Source of the DNA: a virus
DNA length: 64,000 bases
IMG/VR virus record: IMGVR_UViG_3300044675_001894
Coordinates: 32,858-96,857 of that record
Strand: one strand, 5' to 3'
Position numbers and translations under genes: made by a program. This document shows, piece after piece, positions 8,962 through 17,921 of the stretch. Under the pieces are notes generated by a model. It was not told the origin of the DNA. It saw only the letters and a list, made by a program, of their open reading frames with translations, and searched no databases. Positions within the stretch are counted from its first letter, which is position 1. Each line of letters begins with the position of its first letter.

Positions 8962-9216
8962 GGGGGTGGAGGGGGATGCGTCCCCCGCCTCGGTTCCTTG
9001 ACAAGTGGCAGGTACGGCACGCAGGCTTCGCCCTGCGCATTTTGCGTTCCTGCCCTCAGAATCAAACATGGTTCAAAATTCCTCAGCGTCACGGGCTGGC
9101 TTCGGCTGGCTCGTGGCGCTCAATGAGGGCTGGAGGCATTCCCCCTGCTTCAGCCCTGATTGAGCGCACAGCGCTCCATTGGCACACAGCCAATGCAGTC
9201 CTGAGGAGGACACACC

Positions 9217-10194
9217 ATGGATATTCAACTATCAACACTCAATCCTGTGGAACACGATTTGCTGTACATGGAGCGCCTACGGACAGCGTCCAAAGCGAAC
9301 TACCAGTACCGAATCACCAGCCACTACTTGATCAGTGCCTATGGCAAGGAGTTGCGTTGGAGCAATGGCTACGGAAGCCGTGACAGCGTTGCTGTCGTGG
9401 ACTACCGCACCGATCCAATGCCCACCGAATATGCACAAGCACGTCTCATGGAGTTGTACGGCGAAACTGCCGAGGCAATGTTCAATGACGGCGTGGTCGG
9501 CATTTACGGCTCACTGCCAACCCGTGAGGCTGAACGCTTCACTGAGGCTCGTATCGCAATGGAGGATGCACGGCGTGACCTGCGTGAGTGTGACACCGAA
9601 TATGACAGCCGTCCTTGGAGTCGTTACTTCTTGGTCACGTCATCGGATGGGCACATTCACTCCAGCACACAGTGCTCCACCTGCAATAAGGGCGTCAATG
9701 ACACTGAGTTTGCACTCGTGCCTTACCTCAGCGGATCCAGTGCCGATGTTGCGGTTGCCGATCTCGGATCGGCGCTGTGCTCGGTCTGCTTCCCTGATGC
9801 TCCCGTGGAGTCACGTGAGCAGGTCAAGATCAGCGCCAGCGTGGCGTTGACACTTGCCGAGCAGGGCGTGGAGGCATTCCAGCAAGCCCGAGCCAAGGCT
9901 CGTGCGAACGCTGTGAAGCGTGCTCAGGAGCGTTGCGAAGGCAGTGGTCAACCAACGGTCAGAAGTGATCGCTGGCATCATTGCCCAGTATGCGGATATG
10001 GACAGCGTGCGGACGGTAAGTCCCGTGCACATCGCCGTCCTCGCTTCTACGCCACCAAAGAGGTCGGCTACGACACCAAATACTGGAACGGCACCACGTG
10101 GGCGCCATCAACCAAGAAGGTTGACCTACTCACTCGTGAGCAGGCTGAAGCCGTCTTGGTGGCTCACGGTGGCTCACGAGTCATTCAGGATTGA
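9217..10194 (+). CDS. early hypothetical protein with zinc-binding motifs
   Basis: HIH...CSTC, CSVC, CPVC; strong SD. Confidence 0.8.
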   Translation: MDIQLSTLNPVEHDLLYMERLRTASKANYQYRITSHYLISAYGKELRWSNGYGSRDSVAVVDYRTDPMPTEYAQARLMELYGETAEAMFNDGVVGIYGSLPTREAERFTEARIAMEDARRDLRECDTEYDSRPWSRYFLVTSSDGHIHSSTQCSTCNKGVNDTEFALVPYLSGSSADVAVADLGSALCSVCFPDAPVESREQVKISASVALTLAEQGVEAFQQARAKARANAVKRAQERCEGSGQPTVRSDRWHHCPVCGYGQRADGKSRAHRRPRFYATKEVGYDTKYWNGTTWAPSTKKVDLLTREQAEAVLVAHGGSRVIQD

Positions 10195-10200
10195 TCATTC

Positions 10201-10259
10201 CCCCAGCGCCTAGGGCGTGCCCGTTCAATCGGGACTGGGGACTACTGGCACCCGCCAGT
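10201..10259 (+). ncRNA. tRNA-like (T-loop) intergenic RNA element, copy 1
   Basis: CCCCAG/CTGGGG closing stem, CGCC/GGCG hairpin, CCCG-TTCAAT-CGGG arm; covaries with 12098-12156. Confidence 0.55.
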
Positions 10260-10284
10260 TACAACGACCTGAGGAGGTCAAGCC

Positions 10285-10971
10285 ATGAATACAGAAGCAA
10301 TCTACGACAAGGTGCAGGCAATCCTTGATCGTGCCAATCACCCGAACACGCCACAAGCGGAAGCCGAGACGGCTCTCGCCATGGCACAACGGCTCATGAT
10401 GAAGCACGGTCTTGAAGAGTCCGCATTCGCCAAGGCTCAAGATCGTGACGAGAACATCGTTACCGATCAGATCCCAATCAGTGGTCAATGGCAACTTCGC
10501 CGTCTCGGTCTTGCTGGTGCAATCGCTAGTGCCAACTCTGTTGCCAACTACCGCTCCACATCGTGGGCGGATGGCAAGAAGTCGTTGGTGTTGGTGGTGT
10601 ACGGCACTGCTGGTGACATCTTCGCTGTCAAGACACTGTTTGCATCGGCAGACTTGCTCGCTTCTCGTGTGATCCCAAAGGGTGATCGGTCATTCCGCAA
10701 TGCGTGGTGGCTCGGATTCTCCTCGGGAGTGCGTGAGGTGTTGCGCAAGTCCAAGAACGAAGTGATCGCAGAGCAAGGTGCTGGCACTGGGCTGGTGCTC
10801 GCTGACAAGTTCAAGCGTGCAGACGCTGAGATGCGTTCAAAAGTCAAACTCAAGTCCAGTGGGTACTACAGGTACTCATCGGGTAACGGTTACAACGCTG
10901 GTCGTTCTGCTGGTCGTTCGTTCAACACTGGTGGCATCGGTAACGGTGTCGCTGGAGCGCTCGGACGATGA
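10285..10971 (+). CDS. DUF2786-domain protein
   Basis: KVQAILDRA.....AEAETALAMAQRLMMKHGL; GY.AGR C-terminus. Confidence 0.8.
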   Translation: MNTEAIYDKVQAILDRANHPNTPQAEAETALAMAQRLMMKHGLEESAFAKAQDRDENIVTDQIPISGQWQLRRLGLAGAIASANSVANYRSTSWADGKKSLVLVVYGTAGDIFAVKTLFASADLLASRVIPKGDRSFRNAWWLGFSSGVREVLRKSKNEVIAEQGAGTGLVLADKFKRADAEMRSKVKLKSSGYYRYSSGNGYNAGRSAGRSFNTGGIGNGVAGALGR

Positions 10972-11444
10972 GCATCCATGCATACATGGAGGTAGTGCGG
11001 GAGGGCGTTGCAAAGCGCTCTCCCAAAATGCCCGAACATCAAGCCACGGTGTATGCAATTGAGAATGTGGTGGAGCGTCACTTGCCATCGCAAGTGATCG
11101 CTACCAAGAACGCATTCGCTTGGCTGGATCGTGTGTGTGAGACCGAAGGCTGGGACACGCCGATGGTTGATCGCATCCGATCCACCAAGTGGGCAGGTGT
11201 CGCTAGTGCCGAAGGCAATGTCATCGGCATCAGTGGCTCCAGCACGACAGCACTGGTACTGGCTCACGAACTCGCTCACATCGTGTGTGGCGAGCGTGGT
11301 CACAATGAGTGTTGGCGTAATGCGTTCGTGAACATCGTCCGAGATCACATCTCGGTACAGCATGCGTCACTCCTGCATACCTTGTACGAGCGTTTCCAAC
11401 TTCAATCAGGTCAGTGGAGGCTGACCGACACATCACGAGTGTGA
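10968..11444 (+). CDS. HExxH metallopeptidase-like protein
   Basis: LAHELAH......GH; adjacent to DUF2786, a known pairing in Actinobacteria. Confidence 0.75.
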   Translation: MSIHAYMEVVREGVAKRSPKMPEHQATVYAIENVVERHLPSQVIATKNAFAWLDRVCETEGWDTPMVDRIRSTKWAGVASAEGNVIGISGSSTTALVLAHELAHIVCGERGHNECWRNAFVNIVRDHISVQHASLLHTLYERFQLQSGQWRLTDTSRV

Positions 11445-11509
11445 ACTCGTGGTGCTGTCATGGCTCATCGGCGCAAGTTGGTGAGTCATGACAGCATCAT
11501 CCGATGCTG
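11427..11509 (+). ncRNA. multi-hairpin intergenic RNA leader
   Basis: GUGA-capped hairpin, a 22 bp GCAA-capped stem with G-U pairs, and an overlapping third hairpin. Confidence 0.6.
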
Positions 11510-11535
11510 AATAAAGCGACCTGAGGAGGTCAACC

Positions 11536-12090
11536 ATGAAAACATCAGAGATCAAGCAGATCATTGCCAAGGATCCGAACGCCGTGTTTCGCATTGGCGG
11601 TCGTGGTCGGTACACGCACTACGGCTCAATCACAGAGATTAAAGAAAATGTCGTGGACACTTACAGCAGTTGGGGTCGCAAGACGGGCACCCGTGTCAAT
11701 GTGTTATTCACAGTGCGTTACGAGTACTTCACTAGTGGCACTGAGGCTCATTACGGCTACCCCGAGAAGTTGCCTTCAGTAACACTGGAGCGCAACACTT
11801 GGACTAAGCCACGTGACATTGAATGGCACGTGTCGGACTTCGGTCAGACCATTGAAGAATATGTGGTAACGACTGACGCCGAAGTGAAGGCTGACTGGCA
11901 GGCAAAGAAGGACAATGACAATGCCAAACAACAACTGATCAACCGAATTCTCAACGACTTCGGAATCGTGTTGAGTGTGGGTGATGAAGCCACTGACAAG
12001 CGCTGGGATCACCTAAACGATGAGTTGGACAGACTCAGCCTTGACACATTGAAAATGCTTGTACACAACTACACACCTTCACGGGTGTGA
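11536..12090 (+). CDS. early hypothetical protein
   Basis: 184 aa ORF with RBS hairpin. Confidence 0.8.
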   Translation: MKTSEIKQIIAKDPNAVFRIGGRGRYTHYGSITEIKENVVDTYSSWGRKTGTRVNVLFTVRYEYFTSGTEAHYGYPEKLPSVTLERNTWTKPRDIEWHVSDFGQTIEEYVVTTDAEVKADWQAKKDNDNAKQQLINRILNDFGIVLSVGDEATDKRWDHLNDELDRLSLDTLKMLVHNYTPSRV

Positions 12091-12097
12091 TTGGTTC

Positions 12098-12156
12098 CCC
12101 TAGCGCCTCGGGCGTGCCGATTCAATTCGGACTAGGGACTGTGAGCACTCGCTCAC
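12098..12156 (+). ncRNA. tRNA-like (T-loop) intergenic RNA element, copy 2
   Basis: CCCTAG/CTAGGG, CGCC/GGCG and CCGA-TTCAAT-TCGG. Confidence 0.55.
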
Positions 12157-12182
12157 TACAAAATACCTGAGGAGGTATAGCC

Positions 12183-12506
12183 ATGGCATATCAACTAACA
12201 GACTGGGATCTAGAGCAGATCACTGACACGCTGGACATGTATGAAGCGGGCACCGTGAGGCGGTACTCGGGTCGTGCGATGTACGGCGAGCAGTGTCTCG
12301 GCATCGTGACCGAAGATGTGGCATCAGCATTCATGATCCTCGGATCAGCACTCGCTGACTTGGGCAATGACGGTAACGCATTGACAAGAAAACTTCTTCG
12401 TGAAGTGCGCCAAGACAGCATGGGTCGTGACTCAGCCGTTGTCTACTTCCCATCCATCACAATGCCCGAGGGTTACGTGGAGGGTGACGAAGACAGCGAC
12501 AACTAG
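12183..12506 (+). CDS. early hypothetical protein
   Basis: YSGRAMYG..CLG and DSMGR...VYFP; RBS hairpin. Confidence 0.8.
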   Translation: MAYQLTDWDLEQITDTLDMYEAGTVRRYSGRAMYGEQCLGIVTEDVASAFMILGSALADLGNDGNALTRKLLREVRQDSMGRDSAVVYFPSITMPEGYVEGDEDSDN

Positions 12507-12520
12507 TCGTAAGTGGTAGT

Positions 12521-12603
12521 CGGGAGCATCACGGGTTCGCCCGTGATGCCCTCACAGTGCATCGGCGTTGTGTCGGTGCATTGTGAGGGCATACAATTGC
12601 CCG
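12521..12603 (+). ncRNA. multi-hairpin intergenic RNA leader
   Basis: GCATCACGGG-TTCG-CCCGTGATGC plus a 21 bp second stem and an overlapping third. Confidence 0.6.
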
Positions 12604-12632
12604 TTCAACTAATAAGACCTGAGGAGGTCACC

Positions 12633-12887
12633 ATGGATGCAACTATTCACAAAGTAACTGGGCTTCGGATTGAGAAGACTGGTGACTCACGACTCCACAC
12701 GATTGATCTCGTGATTGAGTACGAAGACTTGGCGTTCAGCCGTCCCCAGTGGGAGCAGGACAACGAGTCATTCGGTTACGCAAAGTTGGAGTCAACGATC
12801 ACGCTCTTCATCAGTGACACCGCTGATATTGAGACAGTGTTGTGGAAGGCGATCGCAGATCTCACTTCCGACCTTGCCAATGCGTGA
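12633..12887 (+). CDS. early hypothetical protein
   Basis: Start reassigned to the ATG after the RBS hairpin at 12616. Confidence 0.75.
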   Translation: MDATIHKVTGLRIEKTGDSRLHTIDLVIEYEDLAFSRPQWEQDNESFGYAKLESTITLFISDTADIETVLWKAIADLTSDLANA

Positions 12888-12897
12888 GTAATGAGCA

Positions 12898-12976
12898 ATG
12901 GGCAGTCATGGCGCAAGCCATGGCGTGCTCGGAGTGCACTGACCCCCATCGGTGCATTCCGAGGACGCAAGTCCAT
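12898..12976 (+). ncRNA. multi-hairpin intergenic RNA leader
   Basis: GTCATGGC-GCAA-GCCATGGC, long stem, GGAC-GCAA-GTCC; close sibling of 13746-13818. Confidence 0.6.
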
Positions 12977-13015
12977 ACTTAGTAATTCAAAACAGAATCT
13001 GAGGAGGTTCTTACC

Positions 13016-13741
13016 ATGGGTGCAATAACACCAAAACAGCAAGCGTTCATTCGCACAATGCTCCTTGAGCGTGCTTCAACACTCGGTCTTGATGAGGCTG
13101 GCGTTGATCAGTACATCATTGATCAGAAGGTGAATGAGTTGTCAAACAAGTCAGCGTCCACCGTCATTGATGCGATCAAACGCATTGAAATCAAGCGTGT
13201 GGGCACCGATCACTTGCCGAAGGCAGAGCGCACCATTGTCAACAAGTATGCGAACCCGTGCACATTGTGCGGTCATCCTGTACCTGTTGGTGCTGGTCAT
13301 GCATTGCTTATCGGTGGCAAGTGGCAGACGTACCACGCACTCGGTCAGTGCTCCAGCGAAACTGCTGTAGCGCCCGAGCGTGTGAGCAATGAGTTGTTCG
13401 GGACATTGCCTGATGGCTTCTATGCAATGAAGTCAACGGGCACCAATGACCTCGTGTTCTATGCGGTGAAGACAAACAAGGGTTTTCATGATCCGAAGTT
13501 CAAGGGTCACCGCTCCATCTACCTGATCGTAGGTGGACACAAGGACGAGCGACTCACTGGTGAGCGTGGCGTGAACGCTGTGAAGCGTCTCGTAGCGCTC
13601 AACGATGCAGAGCGTGTGCAGGCACGAGCACTGTACGGTCAAGAGATCGGACGGTGTGGTGTGTGCGGGCGTCATCTCACTGATGAGGCAACACGCAAGC
13701 GAGGCATCGGCAATGACTGCGCAAGCAGGTTGGGCATCTAG
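13016..13741 (+). CDS. DUF6011-like zinc-finger protein
   Basis: C-terminal CGVCGRHLTD..TRKRGIG.DCA. Confidence 0.75.
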   Translation: MGAITPKQQAFIRTMLLERASTLGLDEAGVDQYIIDQKVNELSNKSASTVIDAIKRIEIKRVGTDHLPKAERTIVNKYANPCTLCGHPVPVGAGHALLIGGKWQTYHALGQCSSETAVAPERVSNELFGTLPDGFYAMKSTGTNDLVFYAVKTNKGFHDPKFKGHRSIYLIVGGHKDERLTGERGVNAVKRLVALNDAERVQARALYGQEIGRCGVCGRHLTDEATRKRGIGNDCASRLGI

Positions 13742-13745
13742 CCCA

Positions 13746-13818
13746 AGGATGTCATGGCGTAAGCCATGGCGTCCTCACAACACATCGGGCAACTGGTGTG
13801 CTGTGAGGACGCAAGTCC
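13746..13818 (+). ncRNA. multi-hairpin intergenic RNA leader
   Basis: GTCATGGC-GTAA-GCCATGGC, long stem, GGAC-GCAA-GTCC. Confidence 0.6.
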
Positions 13819-13848
13819 ACTAACAATTACCTGAGGAGGTAACAGACC

Positions 13849-15381
13849 ATGAATACACAACTAGGAGAACTAAGCGCATTGCTTAGTCGTGTTGAGCGTG
13901 TAGCGCCAGCCATCACGGCTGACCCTGCGCTCCATGCGTTAAGCAGTGCTCACGATGGCGAAGTCGCTGTAGACCTCGCCCAACCTCTCTTCCCATTCCA
14001 GCGTGCTGGTGTGGCGTATGCACTCAAGCAACGCCGTGCCATCATCGGAGATGAGATGGGGCTGGGTAAGACTCCACAAGGCATCGCAGTAGCAGTGCAC
14101 GCACACAAGGAGGGACACAAAGTCCTCGTTGTAGTGCCACCATCGCTCCGCATCAACTGGCAACGCTCCTTCGCACTGTTCGCACCGTGGCTCTCAACAG
14201 CCATTGTGTCGGGCAACAAGGTGACGGCTCTTCCCAAAGCAGATGTGCTCATTATTGGTGACAGCATCATTGACACTTGGTCAGTGAGGCTCGTCAATGC
14301 CAAGTTCGGCGCACTGATCGTGGACGAGGCACACCGTGCGAAGAATGCAAAGTCAGGACGCACCAAGGGCATCGCACATATCGCAAAGTCAATCCCGACT
14401 GAAGGATATGTGACGCTCTTGAGCGGAACGATCATCGTGAACCGTCCGAACGAATTGGTCTCGCCATTGTCAATCATTGGCAGGCTTGACCGAGTGTTCG
14501 GTGGTAAGTCAGCGTTCCTGTTTCGTTACTGTGACCCGATCCACAACGGCTGGGGTTACGTGTATAACGGAGCAACCAACACCACTGAGTTGAACGACAA
14601 ATTGCGTGGCACCTGCTACGTGAGGCGTAACAAGTCAGATGTGTTGAAGGAACTACCTGCCAAGCGCCGTGCTCAGGTTGCTACCGAGATCAGCAACACC
14701 GATCTCGTGGCATATCGCTCTGCCGAAGAGAACTTCCGTGACTTCGTCATCGCCAATGGCGGTGTTGAAGCGTGGCAGAGAGCCTCTAAGGCTGAAGTGA
14801 TTACACGCTTGAATGCATTGCGCAGGTTGCTAGGCATCGCCAAGATCCCGTATGTGGTTGAGCACGTAGAAGAACTTGTCGCACAAGGCGAGAAGGTCAT
14901 CGTGTTCGCACACCACAAAGAAGTCATCGCACAACTAAGCAGTGCTCTTCATGAGCACGGCGTAGTCAAGGTGGCTGGCGGACTCAGCGATGTGCAGAAG
15001 CAGGAAGCAGTTGACGCATTCCAAACTGGTAGCGCCAAGGTGTTCATCGGACAATTTCAATCCGCTGGTGTTGGTCTCACATTGACCGCATCATCGCATG
15101 TCGTGTTCGCTGAATTGCCATGGGAGCCAGCCTCCGCAGTACAAGCCGAAGACCGTGCGCATCGCATCGGTCAAGACAACGCTGTGGTGGCATGGTGGCT
15201 ACTGGCTGTAGACAACACAAGCGAGATCCCAACAGTGGACGATCGCATGTGGGCGCTACTGAATGCCAAACACGAGACAGTCTCGGCTGTCTTGACGGGG
15301 CATGGTGAGGACATGGGCGCCGAGGGTGCGACAAGCATCACTCAATCGCTCATTGAAGGCATCATCGGCAACGGAGGTTGA
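13849..15381 (+). CDS. SNF2-family (HARP-like) helicase
   Basis: DEMGLGKT, DEAH, LSGT, GVGLTLT and QAEDRAHRIGQ. Confidence 0.92.
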   Translation: MNTQLGELSALLSRVERVAPAITADPALHALSSAHDGEVAVDLAQPLFPFQRAGVAYALKQRRAIIGDEMGLGKTPQGIAVAVHAHKEGHKVLVVVPPSLRINWQRSFALFAPWLSTAIVSGNKVTALPKADVLIIGDSIIDTWSVRLVNAKFGALIVDEAHRAKNAKSGRTKGIAHIAKSIPTEGYVTLLSGTIIVNRPNELVSPLSIIGRLDRVFGGKSAFLFRYCDPIHNGWGYVYNGATNTTELNDKLRGTCYVRRNKSDVLKELPAKRRAQVATEISNTDLVAYRSAEENFRDFVIANGGVEAWQRASKAEVITRLNALRRLLGIAKIPYVVEHVEELVAQGEKVIVFAHHKEVIAQLSSALHEHGVVKVAGGLSDVQKQEAVDAFQTGSAKVFIGQFQSAGVGLTLTASSHVVFAELPWEPASAVQAEDRAHRIGQDNAVVAWWLLAVDNTSEIPTVDDRMWALLNAKHETVSAVLTGHGEDMGAEGATSITQSLIEGIIGNGG

Positions 15382-15459
15382 TCGTGGGCGCTCGGCGCCT
15401 CATGGTCGGCGCCAGTAGCGACAGACGATGTGTTCTTGTCCTCACGAGAACCCATCACA

Positions 15460-15543
15460 GTGCATCACGGGCGCAAGCCCGTGGTGTTCTGACAGTACAT
15501 TGGCACACCGCTTGTGTACTGTCAGAACATCACCCGATGTTCA
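15460..15543 (+). ncRNA. multi-hairpin intergenic RNA leader
   Basis: GCATCACGGGC-GCAA-GCCCGTGGTGT, long stem, GAACATC/GATGTTC. Confidence 0.6.
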
Positions 15544-15567
15544 AGTAACAACGCCTGAGGAGGCACC

Positions 15568-15804
15568 ATGAAAGTAAGTCAAGCAATCAAGTTATTGAGT
15601 GAGATCAACCCTGACGAAGAGATCGCTATCTCTTGGTGGGAATCAAACTTGTTCACTGACAAAGACAACAACCAACTATTGGCAGACTCAGAACTGTGGC
15701 TCAAGGCAGTCGCAGTGTTTGACGCCAACGGTGGTTACGACAGCGTCAACCAATTGGTATGGGATTACCTCAATTACGACATCAATCAAGAAGGAGAGTT
15801 TTAA
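15568..15804 (+). CDS. early hypothetical protein
   Basis: Acidic 78 aa ORF with RBS hairpin. Confidence 0.75.
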   Translation: MKVSQAIKLLSEINPDEEIAISWWESNLFTDKDNNQLLADSELWLKAVAVFDANGGYDSVNQLVWDYLNYDINQEGEF

Positions 15805-16047
15805 ATGGACATTTCAGAAGCAATTCAAACAATGATCACTAATCGCCACCTCAAAGAACACGAAATAGTGGTGAGGTGGTCGTGGTGCGACATCCAAGCG
15901 ATGTACCCACAGTGGACAGAAGACCAATGCCGAGATGCCCTGTATGAAGTTGACGATTATGTACACGAGAGAATCGTGGAACTCGGCAACGATGTGTTGA
16001 AGCAACTTGTATACGAAATCGTTGAAACGAAATGGGAGAGTGAATAA
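15805..16047 (+). CDS. early hypothetical protein
   Basis: AGGAG SD; coupled. Confidence 0.7.
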   Translation: MDISEAIQTMITNRHLKEHEIVVRWSWCDIQAMYPQWTEDQCRDALYEVDDYVHERIVELGNDVLKQLVYEIVETKWESE

Positions 16048-16352
16048 TGAACAACATCGGAACACCAATCGGTGCATGGGCAATCATCAAGTGGTATGAC
16101 TCAGGCATTGAGAGCGAGGTATTCATCTCGTTCGGTACATGGAATGAGAACGAGTGGAACGGCGAGTTTGACTCGTTCGGGAATCGTGACGATGAGGTCT
16201 TCTTCTACTGCGAAGGTGGAGAAGAGGAACTCAAGTCGCTCATGGGTGACAGCAAGGAAGACTTCGTGGTCATCAACTACGCAGTTGACTACAGCATCCC
16301 GCTCGTGCTCGCTGACATGGACGAGCCAGTATTCAAGGAGGAAGCACAATGA
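16047..16352 (+). CDS. early hypothetical protein
   Basis: Acidic; TAATG coupling. Confidence 0.7.
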   Translation: MNNIGTPIGAWAIIKWYDSGIESEVFISFGTWNENEWNGEFDSFGNRDDEVFFYCEGGEEELKSLMGDSKEDFVVINYAVDYSIPLVLADMDEPVFKEEAQ

Positions 16353-16612
16353 TCGGTACAAAGAGTTGGCTACTGACAGGTTGTTATGTAGACGGCACAC
16401 ACGGCGTCTACAGCGCCATGGAAGCGTGCAGGATCGCACGAGAACTCGGATGGGATGGGCAACAGCCCACAGACATTGAGGACTCGTGGTACCAAGAAGA
16501 GGTAGCCACGGAATGGCTGAACGAAATGATCGCTGATGATGGTCACTCGTTCGGCTGGCATGACGCCGAATACTTCTACATGCCACAAGCATGGTGGGAG
16601 GATGTCGCTTGA
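16349..16612 (+). CDS. early hypothetical protein
   Basis: ATGA coupling; AGGAGG SD. Confidence 0.7.
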   Translation: MIGTKSWLLTGCYVDGTHGVYSAMEACRIARELGWDGQQPTDIEDSWYQEEVATEWLNEMIADDGHSFGWHDAEYFYMPQAWWEDVA

Positions 16613-16697
16613 TCGGGAGCATCACGGGCTACGGCTCGTGGTGTCCTCACAGCCCATAAATCATATTTGTGGGTTGTGAGGGCACTCAGTGCCCGAT
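16612..16697 (+). ncRNA. multi-hairpin intergenic RNA leader
   Basis: ATCGGG...CCCGAT closing stem; UACG-capped hairpin; long stem. Confidence 0.6.
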
Positions 16698-16731
16698 AAA
16701 TTAATTAATCCCTATGACCTGAGGAGGTCTT

Positions 16732-17091
16732 ATGTTAGAGCCAGTAATCACGATGACCGTTGAGCAATGGGAAGAGCAATACGAACCCTTTGTCAATCAC
16801 CTAGATGCAGATGCATCATGGGCAACCGATGACGCCAACGGCATCATGTTTGAAACGTACGGTGCCGAAGTTGATTATGTGTTTGCCCGACCGCTCAACC
16901 ACACATGGACATATGTGGATGGCGAAGAGGGCACATACATTATTGCTGGACGCCATCTCGTAAATCGCATCGGTTACTTCGTAACTGCGGTGCCATGGAA
17001 GGATGACTTCAACACCAAGTATGAAATTCAAGTAAGCGCCAATGATGATTATTACCAAACAGTGTTAGACCTTGAAGGAGGTAGCAAATGA
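16732..17091 (+). CDS. early hypothetical protein
   Basis: FETYG.E and VNRIGYFVT; RBS hairpin. Confidence 0.8.
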   Translation: MLEPVITMTVEQWEEQYEPFVNHLDADASWATDDANGIMFETYGAEVDYVFARPLNHTWTYVDGEEGTYIIAGRHLVNRIGYFVTAVPWKDDFNTKYEIQVSANDDYYQTVLDLEGGSK

Positions 17092-17309
17092 GCAAGATCA
17101 GTTTTGACAATGTGGATGAAGGTACCGAGGTAGAAGTACTCGTGCAGATATCCCCGAGGGAGACATTCCCGTACACAGGGATCGTTTCACGAGTCAGTGA
17201 CACCGAGTTGTCAATGTGGACTACAGACAGTCCGAACGACACTTACGAGACCGAGCGTGAGATTGATATTCCAATCGCAAAGATCCTTGAACTGGACATC
17301 TTTGAATAA
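17088..17309 (+). CDS. early hypothetical protein
   Basis: Coupled; AGGAGG SD. Confidence 0.7.
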   Translation: MSKISFDNVDEGTEVEVLVQISPRETFPYTGIVSRVSDTELSMWTTDSPNDTYETEREIDIPIAKILELDIFE

Positions 17310-17472
17310 TGAATCGTTAAGCGAGTCCTGAGAGGCTTGTACGAAGGGTGGCATCAGCCTCGGCTGGTGTCATCCCGTGGATGCTCTGCTTCCTATAGGG
17401 GGTCAGCGGAGCGTCCACGGGGTGAGGCAACTGTGCAACACCTGTACATAACAATGATCTGAGGAGGTCAAA

Positions 17473-17718
17473 ATGAGTAAATGGAATGTAACGGTCTCGC
17501 TCCAAACGGGCGTGTACCTAAAAGAAGTCATTGCAAATGATCCATCAACATTGATTGAGGGAGACCTCAATGAAGCAGATGTGATCAAAGCATTGATTGA
17601 GCAATTGCAGTCGGGTGATTCAACACTGGACTGGGTAGTGGAAGAAGTGCAAACACTGGACGGTCGTGTCGTGCGGTTTGACGATGAGGATCGTGTATGG
17701 CTCGGAGATGCAGTATGA
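17473..17718 (+). CDS. early hypothetical protein
   Basis: RBS hairpin. Confidence 0.7.
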   Translation: MSKWNVTVSLQTGVYLKEVIANDPSTLIEGDLNEADVIKALIEQLQSGDSTLDWVVEEVQTLDGRVVRFDDEDRVWLGDAV

Positions 17719-17921
17719 GCAAAGGCTGGGTCACACAGATCGTCATGCTTCTCGGTGTCACGGAGATGGAAGCCGAACAGATTGACAAGTACGCCCTTGA
17801 AGAAGGGCTGTACAACGAGATAGACAGCAGTGAAGCCAGTGTGGCAGAACTTAAAGGGTTCTACGCAATGGTTAGCGATGAGTACAGAAGAGCAAACAAC
17901 ATTGAAACAAAGAGCCTTTAG
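17715..17921 (+). CDS. early hypothetical protein
   Basis: ATGA coupling. Confidence 0.6.
   Translation: MSKGWVTQIVMLLGVTEMEAEQIDKYALEEGLYNEIDSSEASVAELKGFYAMVSDEYRRANNIETKSL

Larger units (their letters stand above)
9198..17470 (+). repeat. dispersed RBS-hairpin repeat (C/U)CU-GAGG-AGG, 10 copies
   Basis: Copies at 9198, 10266, 11518, 12163, 12616, 12994, 13827, 15553, 16716 and 17455, each 2-6 nt before an ATG. Confidence 0.9.

Noticed and set aside
8096-9383. ORFs 8096-8401, 8109-8417, 8508-9092 and 8976-9383
   Set aside because: Atypical composition, no RBS, and they overlap regulatory motifs; likely spurious.
10201-12156. True tRNA genes
   Set aside because: No D or anticodon arm, and the T-loop is 6 nt; reported only as tRNA-like elements.
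9198-17470. CRISPR array or integron attC cassettes
   Set aside because: The repeats are short RBS hairpins separated by whole genes; there is no regular spacer length, cas operon or integrase in the window.
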